Shown: positions 35,477 to 45,677, numbered from the stretch's first letter. The stretch is DNA of 64,000 nucleotides from an uncultured Pseudomonadota bacterium (GCA_963749075.1 CAVVLJ010000020.1:448001-512000), one strand, 5' to 3'. Made by a program: numbers and translations. Notes: generated by a model not told the origin, from the letters alone.

Positions 35477-36847
35477 ATGATGAAACGCGAAGAGGCCCGG
35501 CGCATTGCCCGGGAATGGATGTTCCCCACTGCCGGCTCGAGCTACATGGGCGGGCTCGAGGAGCGCCCCATCTGGGCGCAATCGCTTGGCTCGACGGTGA
35601 TCGACACGGAGGGCAGGCGCTATCTCGACTTCCAGTCGGGCCAGATGGGTGCCGCCCTCGGCCACCAGCATCCGCGCATCGTGGCGGCCATCGCGGAGAC
35701 GATGAAGTCGCTCATGCACGGCTCCAACACCATGCTCAACGTGCCGCGCTTGCGGCTCCACGAGCGGCTCGGCAAGCTCCTCCCCGCTCCCCTCAAGAAA
35801 TCCGTCTTTCTCGTCTCGGGCAGCGACGCGATCGAGGCGGCCATCGACCTCGCGCGCAAGGCGACGGGCGGCCTCGACGTGCTCGGCCTCCACGCCGGCC
35901 TCCACGGCTCGACCTCCTTCGTCACGCGCTCGCTCACCTTCACCTGGGCGCGCCGCCGCCACGCCACGGTGGCGCCGGCCACCTCGGCCGTCTTGACGCC
36001 CTATTGCTACCGCTGCCCGCTCGGCCTCGCCTTCCCCAAGTGCGGCATCCAGTGCCTCAAGACGAGCATGGAGCTGGCCGACGCCAACTTCACCGCCAAG
36101 CCCGCCGCCTTCATCGGCGAGCCGATCTTGAGCGCAGGCGGTGTCATCGTGCCGCCGCCGGGCTTCTACGCGGCGATGCGCGAGGAATGCGACAAGCGCG
36201 GCATGCTGATGATCCTCGACGAGTCCCAGACCGGCTTAGGGAAGACCGGCAAGCTCTTCGGCTTCCAGCACGAGGCGGGCCTCAAGCCCGACATCATCAC
36301 CATCTCGAAGCATTTCGGCGGCGGGCTGCCGATCAGCGCCGTGTGCACGAGCGCCAAGGTGGCAGGGCGCGCGGTCAAGGCCGGCTTCTTCGCCACGCGC
36401 TCGCACGCGGGCGATCCGCTCCTCTGCGCCGCCGGCGAGGAGAGCCTGCGGATCGTCGTCGAGGAGGAGATGGCGGCGAAGGCCCTCCGCATCGAGCGCC
36501 GCATCAAGAAGGCGCTCGCAGCACTGGCCCAAGAGTTCGAGCTCATCGGCGATGTGCGCGGGCGCGGCGTCCTCGTCGGCATCGAGCTCGTGAGCGACCG
36601 TGCCAAGAAGACGCCGGCCAACGAGGCGTGCAAGGCGGTCGAGCGCCATTGCCTCGAGAAGGGCCTCATCTTCCAGAGCCGCGGCGCCGGCAGCCTCGCG
36701 AACGTCATCCGCCTGGTGCCGCCCATGACGACGACGAACGAGGAGGTGGACCGCGCCATGTCGATTCTCAGCGACGCGCTCAAGGCCGTGAGCCAGAGAG
36801 CGCGCGGCGCACGGGCGCTGCGCGCGCTGGCGCAGGCTGCGGAATAG
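35477..36847 (+). CDS. Class III PLP aminotransferase, 2,2-dialkylglycine decarboxylase-like (second paralogue)
   Basis: DFQSGQMGAALGHQHP, TPYCYRC, EPILSAGG, DESQTG, TISKHFGGG, HAGDPL. Confidence 0.88.
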   Translation: MMKREEARRIAREWMFPTAGSSYMGGLEERPIWAQSLGSTVIDTEGRRYLDFQSGQMGAALGHQHPRIVAAIAETMKSLMHGSNTMLNVPRLRLHERLGKLLPAPLKKSVFLVSGSDAIEAAIDLARKATGGLDVLGLHAGLHGSTSFVTRSLTFTWARRRHATVAPATSAVLTPYCYRCPLGLAFPKCGIQCLKTSMELADANFTAKPAAFIGEPILSAGGVIVPPPGFYAAMREECDKRGMLMILDESQTGLGKTGKLFGFQHEAGLKPDIITISKHFGGGLPISAVCTSAKVAGRAVKAGFFATRSHAGDPLLCAAGEESLRIVVEEEMAAKALRIERRIKKALAALAQEFELIGDVRGRGVLVGIELVSDRAKKTPANEACKAVERHCLEKGLIFQSRGAGSLANVIRLVPPMTTTNEEVDRAMSILSDALKAVSQRARGARALRALAQAAE

Positions 36848-36920
36848 ACGCGGGCGGCTGGATGCCGCGCCTGGTTGAATGTCCGCAATTGTCAAGGGTT
36901 CAATAAGGTGCCGGGCGAAC

Positions 36921-37316
36921 TTACCACTCTTTGAAGATGAGCTTCGTCGCCTCCGCTATGCAAACCCTCTGCATGACACCTGGTCGGCTCAGTGTCAGCG
37001 GGCAGACGGTAAAGTCGCCCCAAGCGGCCTTCGTGCAAGGAGGCAACGTGAACATCTCCTGATCGAGTTTTCCGGTCAGAACTTCATCACCGGCAACGTC
37101 ACCCTTGGCGTCCGCGACACCAAGGACCCGTCTTGTCCCGACAATCCAGATCCGGACATTGGGGACCGAGGTGCAAGAGGTCATTCGGCCATGCACGGTG
37201 AAGCATTCTCCGACAAGCAAATTGCTGGCCGCGCAGGCAGGCGACTGGGCGCCGGCGTTGGTGGGGATGGAGAAGAGCACGAAGCCGATTATTGCTGCTA
37301 TGATCCGACCGAGCAC
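36921..37316 (-). CDS. Hypothetical secreted Cys-rich protein
   Basis: GGGAGG RBS, GTG start, signal peptide, six Cys; lower GC. Confidence 0.65.
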   Translation of the reverse strand: MLGRIIAAIIGFVLFSIPTNAGAQSPACAASNLLVGECFTVHGRMTSCTSVPNVRIWIVGTRRVLGVADAKGDVAGDEVLTGKLDQEMFTLPPCTKAAWGDFTVCPLTLSRPGVMQRVCIAEATKLIFKEW

Positions 37317-37537
37317 AATGAACCTCCCTGATTTCTTCGCCGTGTGCCATAAATCGAGCCGAGCCTCAATGGTCCTCGAATGTCCCCCTATCGCACCTCG
37401 TTGGATGGCCGCTCTTGGCACGACCCGGCAAACTCGATCTTCACGGGACTCTTCGCGTTTGGGCACGTTTTGACGCCGCCAAGGTGCGAATGGCTGCTAT
37501 CCTGAACGTCACAACCGCCTTGTATCGAGGAGCCGTC

Positions 37538-38515
37538 ATGAAGCCGGGACGCATCGGCATACTCGCGATTCTGGGCCTTCTCGGCATGGTGTCGGTCGCT
37601 GTCGCCCAGGCGACGGCGGCGGCGGTCACGATCGGCTTTCTCAGTACCGTGGGTGATACCGGTCCGGCGCCGGCGTTCATCGAGGCGCCGCGCGAGTTGG
37701 GTTACGAAGAGGGGCGAAATCTGACGATTCTGTTTCGCTCGGCCAAGAGCACCAACGATGAGCTGCCGAAACTGGCAGCCGAGTTGGTCGGTCTCAAGCC
37801 CGATGTGCTCGTGGCGTCAGGCACGCCATCCTCTCTCGCCCTCAAGAAGACGACGGCTTCGATCCCGATCGTCATGCTCGGCATCGGCAATCCGATTGGG
37901 ACCGGCCTCGTCGCAAGCCTTGCCCATCCTGGCGGCAACGTCACGGGAACCGCCAACGCCGTTGAAGAGTGGGCCGCGAAACGGCTGCAAATGGTCACTG
38001 AGGTGCTGCCCGGGATCCGCTGCTTGATGTACCTGAGGAACCCTGCCAATCAGTCGATCATGGCGAATGCGCCGGCCTTCATGGATGCCCGCGAGAAGCT
38101 GGGTATCGAGCTCCATGTGATCGACGCAGCTACGCCCGAACAGTTGGATCAGGCATTGGCGACTCCGCTCGACGAGCGGTGCAAGGCAGCGCTCTTCCTC
38201 CCGCTGGATGGATTGTTCATCTCGCGGCGGGCCGAGATCGTCGAATTCGCGTTGCGCCACCAGATCGCCCTCTTCGCGCCGTTCCGCGAGGATGCCGAAG
38301 CCGGTGCCTTGATGTCGTTCGGGATCGACCTCGACGATCAATGGCGCCTCGGTGCCACCTATGTCGACAAGATCCTGAAGGGCGCCAAGCCGGCCAACCT
38401 CCCGGTAGAGCAACCGACCAAGTTCGAGCTGGTGATCAACCTCAAGACTGCGAAGGCGCTCGATCTCACCATTCCGCCCTTGCTCCTCGCCGGCGCCGAC
38501 ACGCTGATCGAATAG
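37538..38515 (+). CDS. Stand-alone ABC substrate-binding protein (aromatic-amino-acid-binding type)
   Basis: LGYEEGRNL, LVASLAHPGGNVTG, KGAKPANLPVEQPTKFELVINLKTAKAL. Confidence 0.92.
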   Translation: MKPGRIGILAILGLLGMVSVAVAQATAAAVTIGFLSTVGDTGPAPAFIEAPRELGYEEGRNLTILFRSAKSTNDELPKLAAELVGLKPDVLVASGTPSSLALKKTTASIPIVMLGIGNPIGTGLVASLAHPGGNVTGTANAVEEWAAKRLQMVTEVLPGIRCLMYLRNPANQSIMANAPAFMDAREKLGIELHVIDAATPEQLDQALATPLDERCKAALFLPLDGLFISRRAEIVEFALRHQIALFAPFREDAEAGALMSFGIDLDDQWRLGATYVDKILKGAKPANLPVEQPTKFELVINLKTAKALDLTIPPLLLAGADTLIE

Positions 38516-38598
38516 AATCTCTGCGAATCGTCACAAACGGGCATTCGAACTGAACCGCTGCTCCTTCCTCCCGTTGTGCTGGCTCGCAGAATTCGCTA

Positions 38599-38615
38599 AT
38601 GTTGCGCTGCAACAT
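38599..38615. promoter_or_regulatory. Palindrome ATGTTGC-N3-GCAACAT upstream of the transglutaminase operon
   Basis: Perfect 7-3-7 inverted repeat. Confidence 0.45.
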
Positions 38616-38681
38616 AAGGCGGCCGCCGACGGCCGCCAACGCTTAGGCGCGCGGCCAGCGCCCGCGGCAGGGGGATAGAGC

Positions 38682-41600
38682 GTGAGCATTTCGGTCGCCC
38701 TCAACCATCGCACCGAGTACCGCTACGACCGGCGCATCTCGCTCGGCCCGCAGGTGGTGCGCCTGCGCCCGGCGCCGCACACGCGCACGCCGGTCACCGC
38801 CTATTCGCTCACCATCGAGCCGGCCGAGCATTTCCTCAACTGGCAGCAGGACCCCGAGGGCAATTTCCTCGCCCGCGTGGTGGTGCCCGAGAAGACCGAG
38901 CGGCTCGTCGTGACTGTCGATCTCGTGGCCGACATGACGGTGATCAATCCCTTCGACTTCTTCCTCGAGCCGGAGGCGGAGAGCTTTCCCTTCGCCTACG
39001 ACCACGCCCTCGACGGCGAGCTCGCACCCTTCCTCAAGGCGGCACCGGCCGGGCCGCGGCTCGCGCGTTTTCTCGCCGAGACCCCGCGCGAGCCGGTGCG
39101 CACCATCGATTTCCTCGTCGGGCTCAACCAGCGTCTGGCGCACGACATCCGCTACATCGTGCGGCTCGAGCCCGGCGTGCAGGCGCCCGAGGAGACGCTT
39201 CTGAAGGGCGAGGGCTCGTGCCGGGATTCGGGCTGGCTCCTCGTCGAGATCATGCGCCATCTCGGCCTCGCGTCGCGTTTCGTCTCCGGCTACCTCATCC
39301 AGCTCGTGGCCGACCAGAAGCCGCTCACAGGTCCGCCCGGGCCGAGCGCCGATTTCACCGACCTCCACGCCTGGTGCGAGGTCTATCTCCCGGGTGCGGG
39401 CTGGATCGGCCTCGATCCCACCTCGGGCCTCCTCGCCGGCGAAGGGCACATCCCGCTCGCCTGCTCGCTCGAGCCGCAGAGTGCGGCGCCCATCAGCGGC
39501 ACTCTCGAGGAGTGCGAGACGGTAATGAGCCACGTCATGTCGGTCAGCCGCGTGGCCGAGCGGCCGCGCGTGACGCTGCCCTATGGCGAGGCCGAGTGGC
39601 AGCGCCTGATGGCGCTCGGCGCGCGCGTCGACCGCGAGCTCGCCAAGGGCGACGTGCGCCTCACCATGGGCGGCGAGCCGACCTTCGTCGCCGCCGCCGA
39701 CCCCGACGGCGCCGAATGGAACAGCGAGGCGCTCGGCCCCACCAAGGAGCGCTACGCGAAAGCGCTCACGCGCCGCTTGGCCGGGCGCTTCGCCTCCGGC
39801 TATCTCCTCCACGACGGGCAGGGCAAATGGTATCCCGGCGAGCAGCTGCCGCGCTGGGCGCTCTCCTGCCATTGGCGCAAGGACGGCGAGCCGCTCTGGC
39901 AGGATAAGGCGCTCTTCGCCGCCGCCGACGGCGGCGATCCGGCACTCGGCCCCGAGGACGCGCGCCGCTTCGCCGCGCGCCTGGCCGAGCGCCTGCAGCT
40001 CGATCCCGCCTTGTGCGTGCCGGCCTATGAGGACGCCTGGTACTATCTCTGGAAGGAGCGGCGGCTCCCGGTCGATGTCGATCCGCGCAAGAGCGAGCTC
40101 AAGGATCCGCTCGAGCGCGCGCGTCTGGCGCGCCTCTTCGAGCAGGGCCTGCAGCACCCCGTAGGCTTCGCGCTCCCGCTCAAACGCGTCGGCGGCGGCG
40201 CCGAGCGGCGCTGGCAGAGCGAGCCGTGGCTCTTCCGTCCCGAGATCATGTTCCTCATCCCGGGCGATTCGCCGATGGGTTACCGCCTGCCTCTCGACTC
40301 GCTGCCCAAGGTTGCGGAAAGCGACTATCCCCTTATCCTTCCCGAGGACCCGACGGCCGAGCGCGCGCCCTTGCCGCGGCACCAGGCCTTCCGCCTCCGC
40401 GCCGCCGGTGAGGGAGAGGTCTCTCGTGGCGGAGCGGGGCGCCGCGAGCCGGTGCCGCTTCCCCCGCGGCCGGGCGATATCGCTGCAGGCGTGGTGCGCA
40501 CCGCCCTCTGCGTCGAGGTGCGCGGCGGGGTTCTCCGCGTCTTCATGCCGCCGGTCGAGACGGCCGAGGACTATCTCGACCTCGTGGCCGTGCTCGAGGA
40601 GGTGACGGCGGAGAGCGGCCACCCGATCTCGGTCGAGGGCTATGTGCCGCCCTCCGATCCGCGCCTGCTGCACTTCTCGGTGACGCCCGATCCCGGCGTG
40701 ATCGAGGTCAACGTGCATCCCGCGGACTCGTGGGACGAGCTCGTGCGCACCACCACCGCCGTCTACGACGAGGCGCGCGCCTCAGGCCTCGCGAGCGAGA
40801 AGTTCATGCTCGACGGCAGCCACGTGGGCACCGGCGGCGGCAACCACATGACGCTCGGCGGGCCGACGCCCGCGGATTCGCCGCTCTTGCGCCGGCCCGA
40901 TCTCCTCAAGAGCCTGCTCGGCTATTGGCACAACCACCCCTCGCTCTCCTATCTCTTCTCCGGCCTCTTCATCGGCCCGACGAGCCAGCACCCGCGCACC
41001 GACGAGGGGCGGGACGACGCCACCCTCGAGCTCGAGATCGCCTTCAAGGCGCTCGCCGCCGCCGAGACGACGCCGCCCTGGCTGGTCGACCGCATCTTCC
41101 GCGACCTCCTCGTCGACATGACCGGCAACACGCACCGCGCCGAGTTCTGCGTCGACAAGCTCTATCCCCCCGAGAGTGCGGCCGGGCGCCGCGGCCTCCT
41201 CGAGATGCGCGCCTTCGAGATGCCGCCCCATGCGCGCATGAGCCTGGCGCAGCAGGCGCTCCTGCGGGCTCTCGTCGCCTGGTTCTGGCGCGAGCCCTAC
41301 GAGCGGCCCTTGGTACGCTACGGCACGCGGCTCAACGACGAGTTCATGCTGCCCTTCTTCGCCGGCAACGACTTCGAGGACGTGCTCGACGACTTGAAGC
41401 GCGCGGGCTACGACTTCGAGCCCGCCTGGTTCGCGGCGCACCGCGAGTTCCGCTTCCCGCTCATCGGCAAGGCCGCCTGCCGCGGCATCGAGATCGAGCT
41501 GCGCCACGCGCTCGAGCCCTGGCACGTGCTCGGCGAGGACGCGGCGGCCGGCGGCACCGCGCGCTACGTCGACAGCTCGGTCGAGCGCCTGCAGGTCAAG

Positions 41601-41996
41601 CTCGAAGGCCTCACCGACGGGCGCCACCGCCTGGTGTGCAACGGCCGCTACGTGCCCCTGCGCGCGACCGGACGGCAGGCGGAATACGTGGCCGGCATCC
41701 GCTACCGCGCCTGGCAGCCGGCGCGGGCGCTCCATCCCACCATTCCGGTCGACGCGCCCCTCGTTTTCGACCTCTTCGATACTTGGAGCGGCCGGGCGCT
41801 GGGCGGCTGCGCCTACCACGTGTCCCATCCTGGCGGGCGCAGCTTCGAGACCTTCCCGGTCAATGCCAACGAGGCCGAGACGCGCCGCCGCGCGCGCTTC
41901 TTCCCCTTCGGCCACACGCCGCTCGGGACGCTGCCCGAGGAGGCGGCGCCGAGCGGGGAGCACCCGGTCACCCTCGACCTGCGCCGCTTCGCGTGA
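38682..41996 (+). CDS. Transglutaminase domain + DUF2126 (putative amidoligase) protein
   Basis: GSCRDS / DLHAW / GLDPT triad; LTMGGEPTFV, VTPDPGVIEVNVHP, GTGGGNH, GNTHRAEFC. Confidence 0.93.
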   Translation: MSISVALNHRTEYRYDRRISLGPQVVRLRPAPHTRTPVTAYSLTIEPAEHFLNWQQDPEGNFLARVVVPEKTERLVVTVDLVADMTVINPFDFFLEPEAESFPFAYDHALDGELAPFLKAAPAGPRLARFLAETPREPVRTIDFLVGLNQRLAHDIRYIVRLEPGVQAPEETLLKGEGSCRDSGWLLVEIMRHLGLASRFVSGYLIQLVADQKPLTGPPGPSADFTDLHAWCEVYLPGAGWIGLDPTSGLLAGEGHIPLACSLEPQSAAPISGTLEECETVMSHVMSVSRVAERPRVTLPYGEAEWQRLMALGARVDRELAKGDVRLTMGGEPTFVAAADPDGAEWNSEALGPTKERYAKALTRRLAGRFASGYLLHDGQGKWYPGEQLPRWALSCHWRKDGEPLWQDKALFAAADGGDPALGPEDARRFAARLAERLQLDPALCVPAYEDAWYYLWKERRLPVDVDPRKSELKDPLERARLARLFEQGLQHPVGFALPLKRVGGGAERRWQSEPWLFRPEIMFLIPGDSPMGYRLPLDSLPKVAESDYPLILPEDPTAERAPLPRHQAFRLRAAGEGEVSRGGAGRREPVPLPPRPGDIAAGVVRTALCVEVRGGVLRVFMPPVETAEDYLDLVAVLEEVTAESGHPISVEGYVPPSDPRLLHFSVTPDPGVIEVNVHPADSWDELVRTTTAVYDEARASGLASEKFMLDGSHVGTGGGNHMTLGGPTPADSPLLRRPDLLKSLLGYWHNHPSLSYLFSGLFIGPTSQHPRTDEGRDDATLELEIAFKALAAAETTPPWLVDRIFRDLLVDMTGNTHRAEFCVDKLYPPESAAGRRGLLEMRAFEMPPHARMSLAQQALLRALVAWFWREPYERPLVRYGTRLNDEFMLPFFAGNDFEDVLDDLKRAGYDFEPAWFAAHREFRFPLIGKAACRGIEIELRHALEPWHVLGEDAAAGGTARYVDSSVERLQVKLEGLTDGRHRLVCNGRYVPLRATGRQAEYVAGIRYRAWQPARALHPTIPVDAPLVFDLFDTWSGRALGGCAYHVSHPGGRSFETFPVNANEAETRRRARFFPFGHTPLGTLPEEAAPSGEHPVTLDLRRFA

Positions 41997-42021
41997 GGGT
42001 GGGGCGGACCTTCGGCCCGCG

Positions 42022-42114
42022 GCGCGCTCCTCAGGGTGAGGGGGCCCCGACGTTCGGCGGATGTCCTCATCCCGAGGAGGGCCGCAGGCCCGTCTCGAAG
42101 GATGAGGACATCCG
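42022..42114. repeat. Family A palindromic element (left arm partly lost)
   Basis: GCTCCTCAGGGTGAGG...CCTCATCCCGAGGAGGGCCGCAGGCCCGTCTCGAAGGATGAGG. Confidence 0.85.
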
Positions 42115-42216
42115 GGCGGCGGCAAATGCGATTGCCGCGCGCTCAATGGGGGCACGCTGGCATTCCCGGCAGCGATCGGCGAAACTGCGGCCTCTGATGG
42201 CCGAGACGAGAGGGAC

Positions 42217-44731
42217 GTGAGCTCGCCCTACGACGAAATGGTCACCGGCGCCGGTGCCCTCAGGCCGCACTGGCGCGGCGTGATGGAGACGGTCTGGAGC
42301 TTCTCGCCCGAGCAGCTTGCCGAGAAGCAGGCGCGCGCGGCGCTCCAGATGGCGGACGCCGACCGGCTCCTCGCCTTGCGCGAGCACGCGGCCGGGCCGC
42401 CGACCCGCTCGCTCGACCTCCTGCCTCTCATCCTCCCCGAGGCGGAATGGCGGGAGCTCGCCGCCGGGCTCGCCGAGCGGGCGCGCCTGCTCGACGCCAT
42501 CCTCGCCGATCTCTACGGCCCGCAGCGCCTCATCGAGGAGCGCCTGCTGCCGCCCTATCTCGTGCTGGGCAATCCGGCCTTCCTCCGCCCCTTGCGCCGG
42601 GCGCTAGGCGGGGGCGGCGTGCCGTACCTGCATTTCTATGCCGCCGATCTGGTGCGCCTGCCGAGCGGCGAGTGGCGCGTCTTCGCCGACCGCACCCAGG
42701 CGGCGGCCGGCGTCGGCTATGCGCTCCATCACCGCGCCGTGCTCGCGCGCACTTTCCCCGAGGCCTTCCGCACCGCCGAGGTGCGGCGCCTCGAGTCCTT
42801 CCTCGAGCTCTGGCAAACGAGCCTTGCCGCCATCGGCGCAGCACTTGCCGAGCCGCCGCAGATCGTCCTCCTGACACCGGGACCCTATAACGAGGCCTAT
42901 TTCGAGCACATGCTTCTCGCCCGCGAGCTCGGCATCACCATCGTGCAGAGCGCCGATCTCACCGTGCGCAACAATTTCGTCTTCCTCAAGACGCTCGAGG
43001 GGCTCGTCAAGGTCGACGTCATCTACCGCCGGGTCGACGGCGATTACTGCGATTCGCTGGAGCTGCGCGAGGACTCCGAGCTCGGCGTCGCCGGCCTCGT
43101 CGAGGTGATGCGCTGCGGCAATGTGGCCGTGCTCAACCTGCCGGGCTCGGCGGTGATCGAGACGCCGGCCTTCGCACCCTTCCTCCCGGAGCTCTCGCGC
43201 CGGCTCCTCGGCGCCGAGCTGCGGCTTCCCGCCGTCACCACCTGGTGGTGCGGGCAGGAGCGGGCGCTCGGCGAGGTGCGCGCGGCACTCGACAATTTCG
43301 CCCTCCAGCCGGTCTTCGAGCCCGATCCCACGCCGGTCGAGCCGGCCCTCCTCGCGGCCGATGAGCGCGAACGCTTCGAGGCGCTCTTAGGGCGCCACCC
43401 AGAGCGCTTCGTCGCGCGCGAGCGCATGGCGCCGAGTCTCGCACCGTGCCTTGCCGCGGAGGACGCGGCGCTCGGAGAGGGCCGCATCACCGCGGCACCG
43501 GTGGTGCTGCGCGCCGTAGCCCTCTGGCACGCCGGCGCCTGGACCGCATTCCCCGGCGGCGTCGCCCGCATCGCGGCCGACCGCTCCGTCTATCGCAACC
43601 TGCTGCGCCACGGCGGCATCGCCAAGGACGTTCTGGGTGCTGGCGGAGGAGGAGCGCGACGTTCAGGTGCCGGCGGCGTCGGCGCCGCTCGCCGCCGCGC
43701 GCGCGCGCCGCGAGGATGCCGCGCTGCGCAGCCGCACGGCCGACGATCTCTATTGGCTCGGGCGCCACGTGGAGCGCCTCGACGCCGGCGCGCGCCAGCT
43801 GCTCGCCACGCTCCACCGCCTCGCCTCCGGCGGCCTCAGCGCGCGCGACCGCGCCGAGCTCGGCCGCCTTGCCTCGGCACTGTTGCGCACCGCCTGGATC
43901 TCGCCTTCGCTGGCGGCAGCCCCGGTCGACGGCGCCATGTTCCGCGGCGGGGTGAGCGCTGCCGCGGCCGGCGGCGCGATGATGCGGCGCTCTCTCGATG
44001 CCATCCGCCGCCTGACGCTTGCCGTGCGCGACCAGCTCTCCCTCGACATGTGGCACGTGCTCCATCAGCTGACGGGTCCCGCCGCGGCGCGGTTCGCGGC
44101 GGCACCCCACGACCCCGACCGCCTCCTCGAGGCGCTCGACGGCTCGATCGCCACGCTCGCCGCCTTCGCGGGCCTGGTGGCCGAGAACATGACGCGCGGT
44201 GCCGGCTGGCGCTTCCTCGATTTGGGCCGCCGCATCGAGCGCGGCATCGCCATCGCCCAGGCGGTCTATGGCGTCATGAGCGGGCCCATAGCACAGAGCG
44301 AGGCGGGCGTGCGCCTGGCGCTCGAGCTCTGCGATTCGACGAACGCCTATCTCCTGCGCTATCCGGCCGAGCCGCGCTTCGCCCGCGCGCTCGAGTTCGT
44401 GCTGACCGAGCGCAACAATCCGCGGGCACTCGTCTTTCAGCTCGCCCGCATCGACGGCCATCTCGGCACCCAGGCGCTTCTCGGCACGGCGCAGCTCGAG
44501 CCGGCGGCGCTGCTCCCGCTCATCGAGAGGATCGAGCAGTTCCCCTTCGAGCGCGCCCATCCCGACGGCAGTGCGGCCGGGCTCGCCGCCCTCCTCGATC
44601 TCCTCCACGGTGCGGCGGGCGAGCTGCTCTCGCTTTCGGACGCCATGACGCGCGCCTTCTTCACCCACGTCGCCTCGGCCTGCCTCGTCGGCTACGCGAG
44701 CCGGCCGGCGCTTCTCGAGGCCGCGACGTGA
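42217..44731 (+). CDS. Circularly permuted type-2 ATP-grasp + alpha-E domain protein, +1 frameshift near 43632
   Basis: YDEM, LLTPGPYNEAYFEH, VDVIYRRVD, TWWCGQ; removing one T restores KDVWVL, continuing into SRTADDLYWLGRHVER and ENMTRGAGWRFLDLGRRIER. Confidence 0.9.
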
Positions 44732-45648
44732 GGCGCTACGCCGTCCGCCACGAGACGCGCTACGGCTATGAGGCGCCGGTCGATCTCGGCTTCCACCTGC
44801 TGCGCCTCACGCCGCTCGAGACGGCGCGCCAGCGCGTCCTCGCCCATGCGCTCGCGATCGAGCCGGAGCCGACGGAGACGCGCACGTTCATCGACCACTT
44901 CGGCAACGTCGTGCATCACGTCGAGGTCGAGGTCACCCACGACCATCTCGCAGTGACGCTCGAGGCCACGGTCGAGGTCGCGGGCGGCGGCAGCGCCGTC
45001 CCGGCCAATGGCGGCCCGGCCTGGGAGGCGGTGCGCGAGGCAATGCGCGGCGACGGCTTCCCGAGCCCGCCCGCGGTCGCCGAGTTCGTCTTTCCCTCGC
45101 CGCTCGCCGCACCCGTCGAGGCCGCGGGCGACTACGCCCGGCCCACCTTCGCGCCCGCCCGGCCGATTGCCGAGGCCCTCATCGAGCTCAACCGGCGCAT
45201 CCACGCGGACTTCGTCTATCAGACGAACCTGACCGACGTCTCGACCAAGGTCGCCGAGGTGATCGCCATGCGCCGCGGCGTGTGCCAGGACTTCGCCCAT
45301 GTGATGATCGCGGGCTTGCGCGGCCTCGGGCTGCCGGCGCGCTACGTCTCGGGCTACATCCGCACGCCAGGTGCCGAGGGCGACGGCGGCCAGGCCCTCC
45401 TCGGCGCCGGCGCGAGCCATGCCTGGGTCTCGGCCTGGTGCGGCGAGGAGATCGGCTGGCTCGAGCTCGACCCCACCAACGACCTCGTGGTGGCGGACGA
45501 GCACGTGGCGGTCGCCTACGGCCGCGACTTCTCGGACGTGACACCGCTCCGCGGCGTCATCCTAGGCGGTGGCAGGCCCAGCCTGAGCGTGGCCGTCAGC
45601 GTGGCCGAGCTGGTACCGGCGCCGTCCTTGCCGGCGGGTGCGGCATAA
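44728..45648 (+). CDS. Transglutaminase family protein
   Basis: HETRYGY, GVCQDFAH, ARYVSGY, SHAWV, LDPTN, GRDFSDVTP. Confidence 0.93.
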   Translation: MRRYAVRHETRYGYEAPVDLGFHLLRLTPLETARQRVLAHALAIEPEPTETRTFIDHFGNVVHHVEVEVTHDHLAVTLEATVEVAGGGSAVPANGGPAWEAVREAMRGDGFPSPPAVAEFVFPSPLAAPVEAAGDYARPTFAPARPIAEALIELNRRIHADFVYQTNLTDVSTKVAEVIAMRRGVCQDFAHVMIAGLRGLGLPARYVSGYIRTPGAEGDGGQALLGAGASHAWVSAWCGEEIGWLELDPTNDLVVADEHVAVAYGRDFSDVTPLRGVILGGGRPSLSVAVSVAELVPAPSLPAGAA

Positions 45649-45677
45649 ATATAATGTGAGGTCCTAGCTCCGGGAAC

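Noticed and set aside
37509-37537. TCACA...CGTC upstream of the orphan binding protein as a sixth ECF promoter
   Set aside because: Spacer is 20 bp and CGTC abuts the start codon
42217-45648. 1143-aa ORF suggesting an ATP-grasp-transglutaminase fusion
   Set aside because: The middle third is out-of-frame Arg/Pro-rich sequence; the alpha-E domain is in the +1 frame and a single extra T near 43632 explains the read-through
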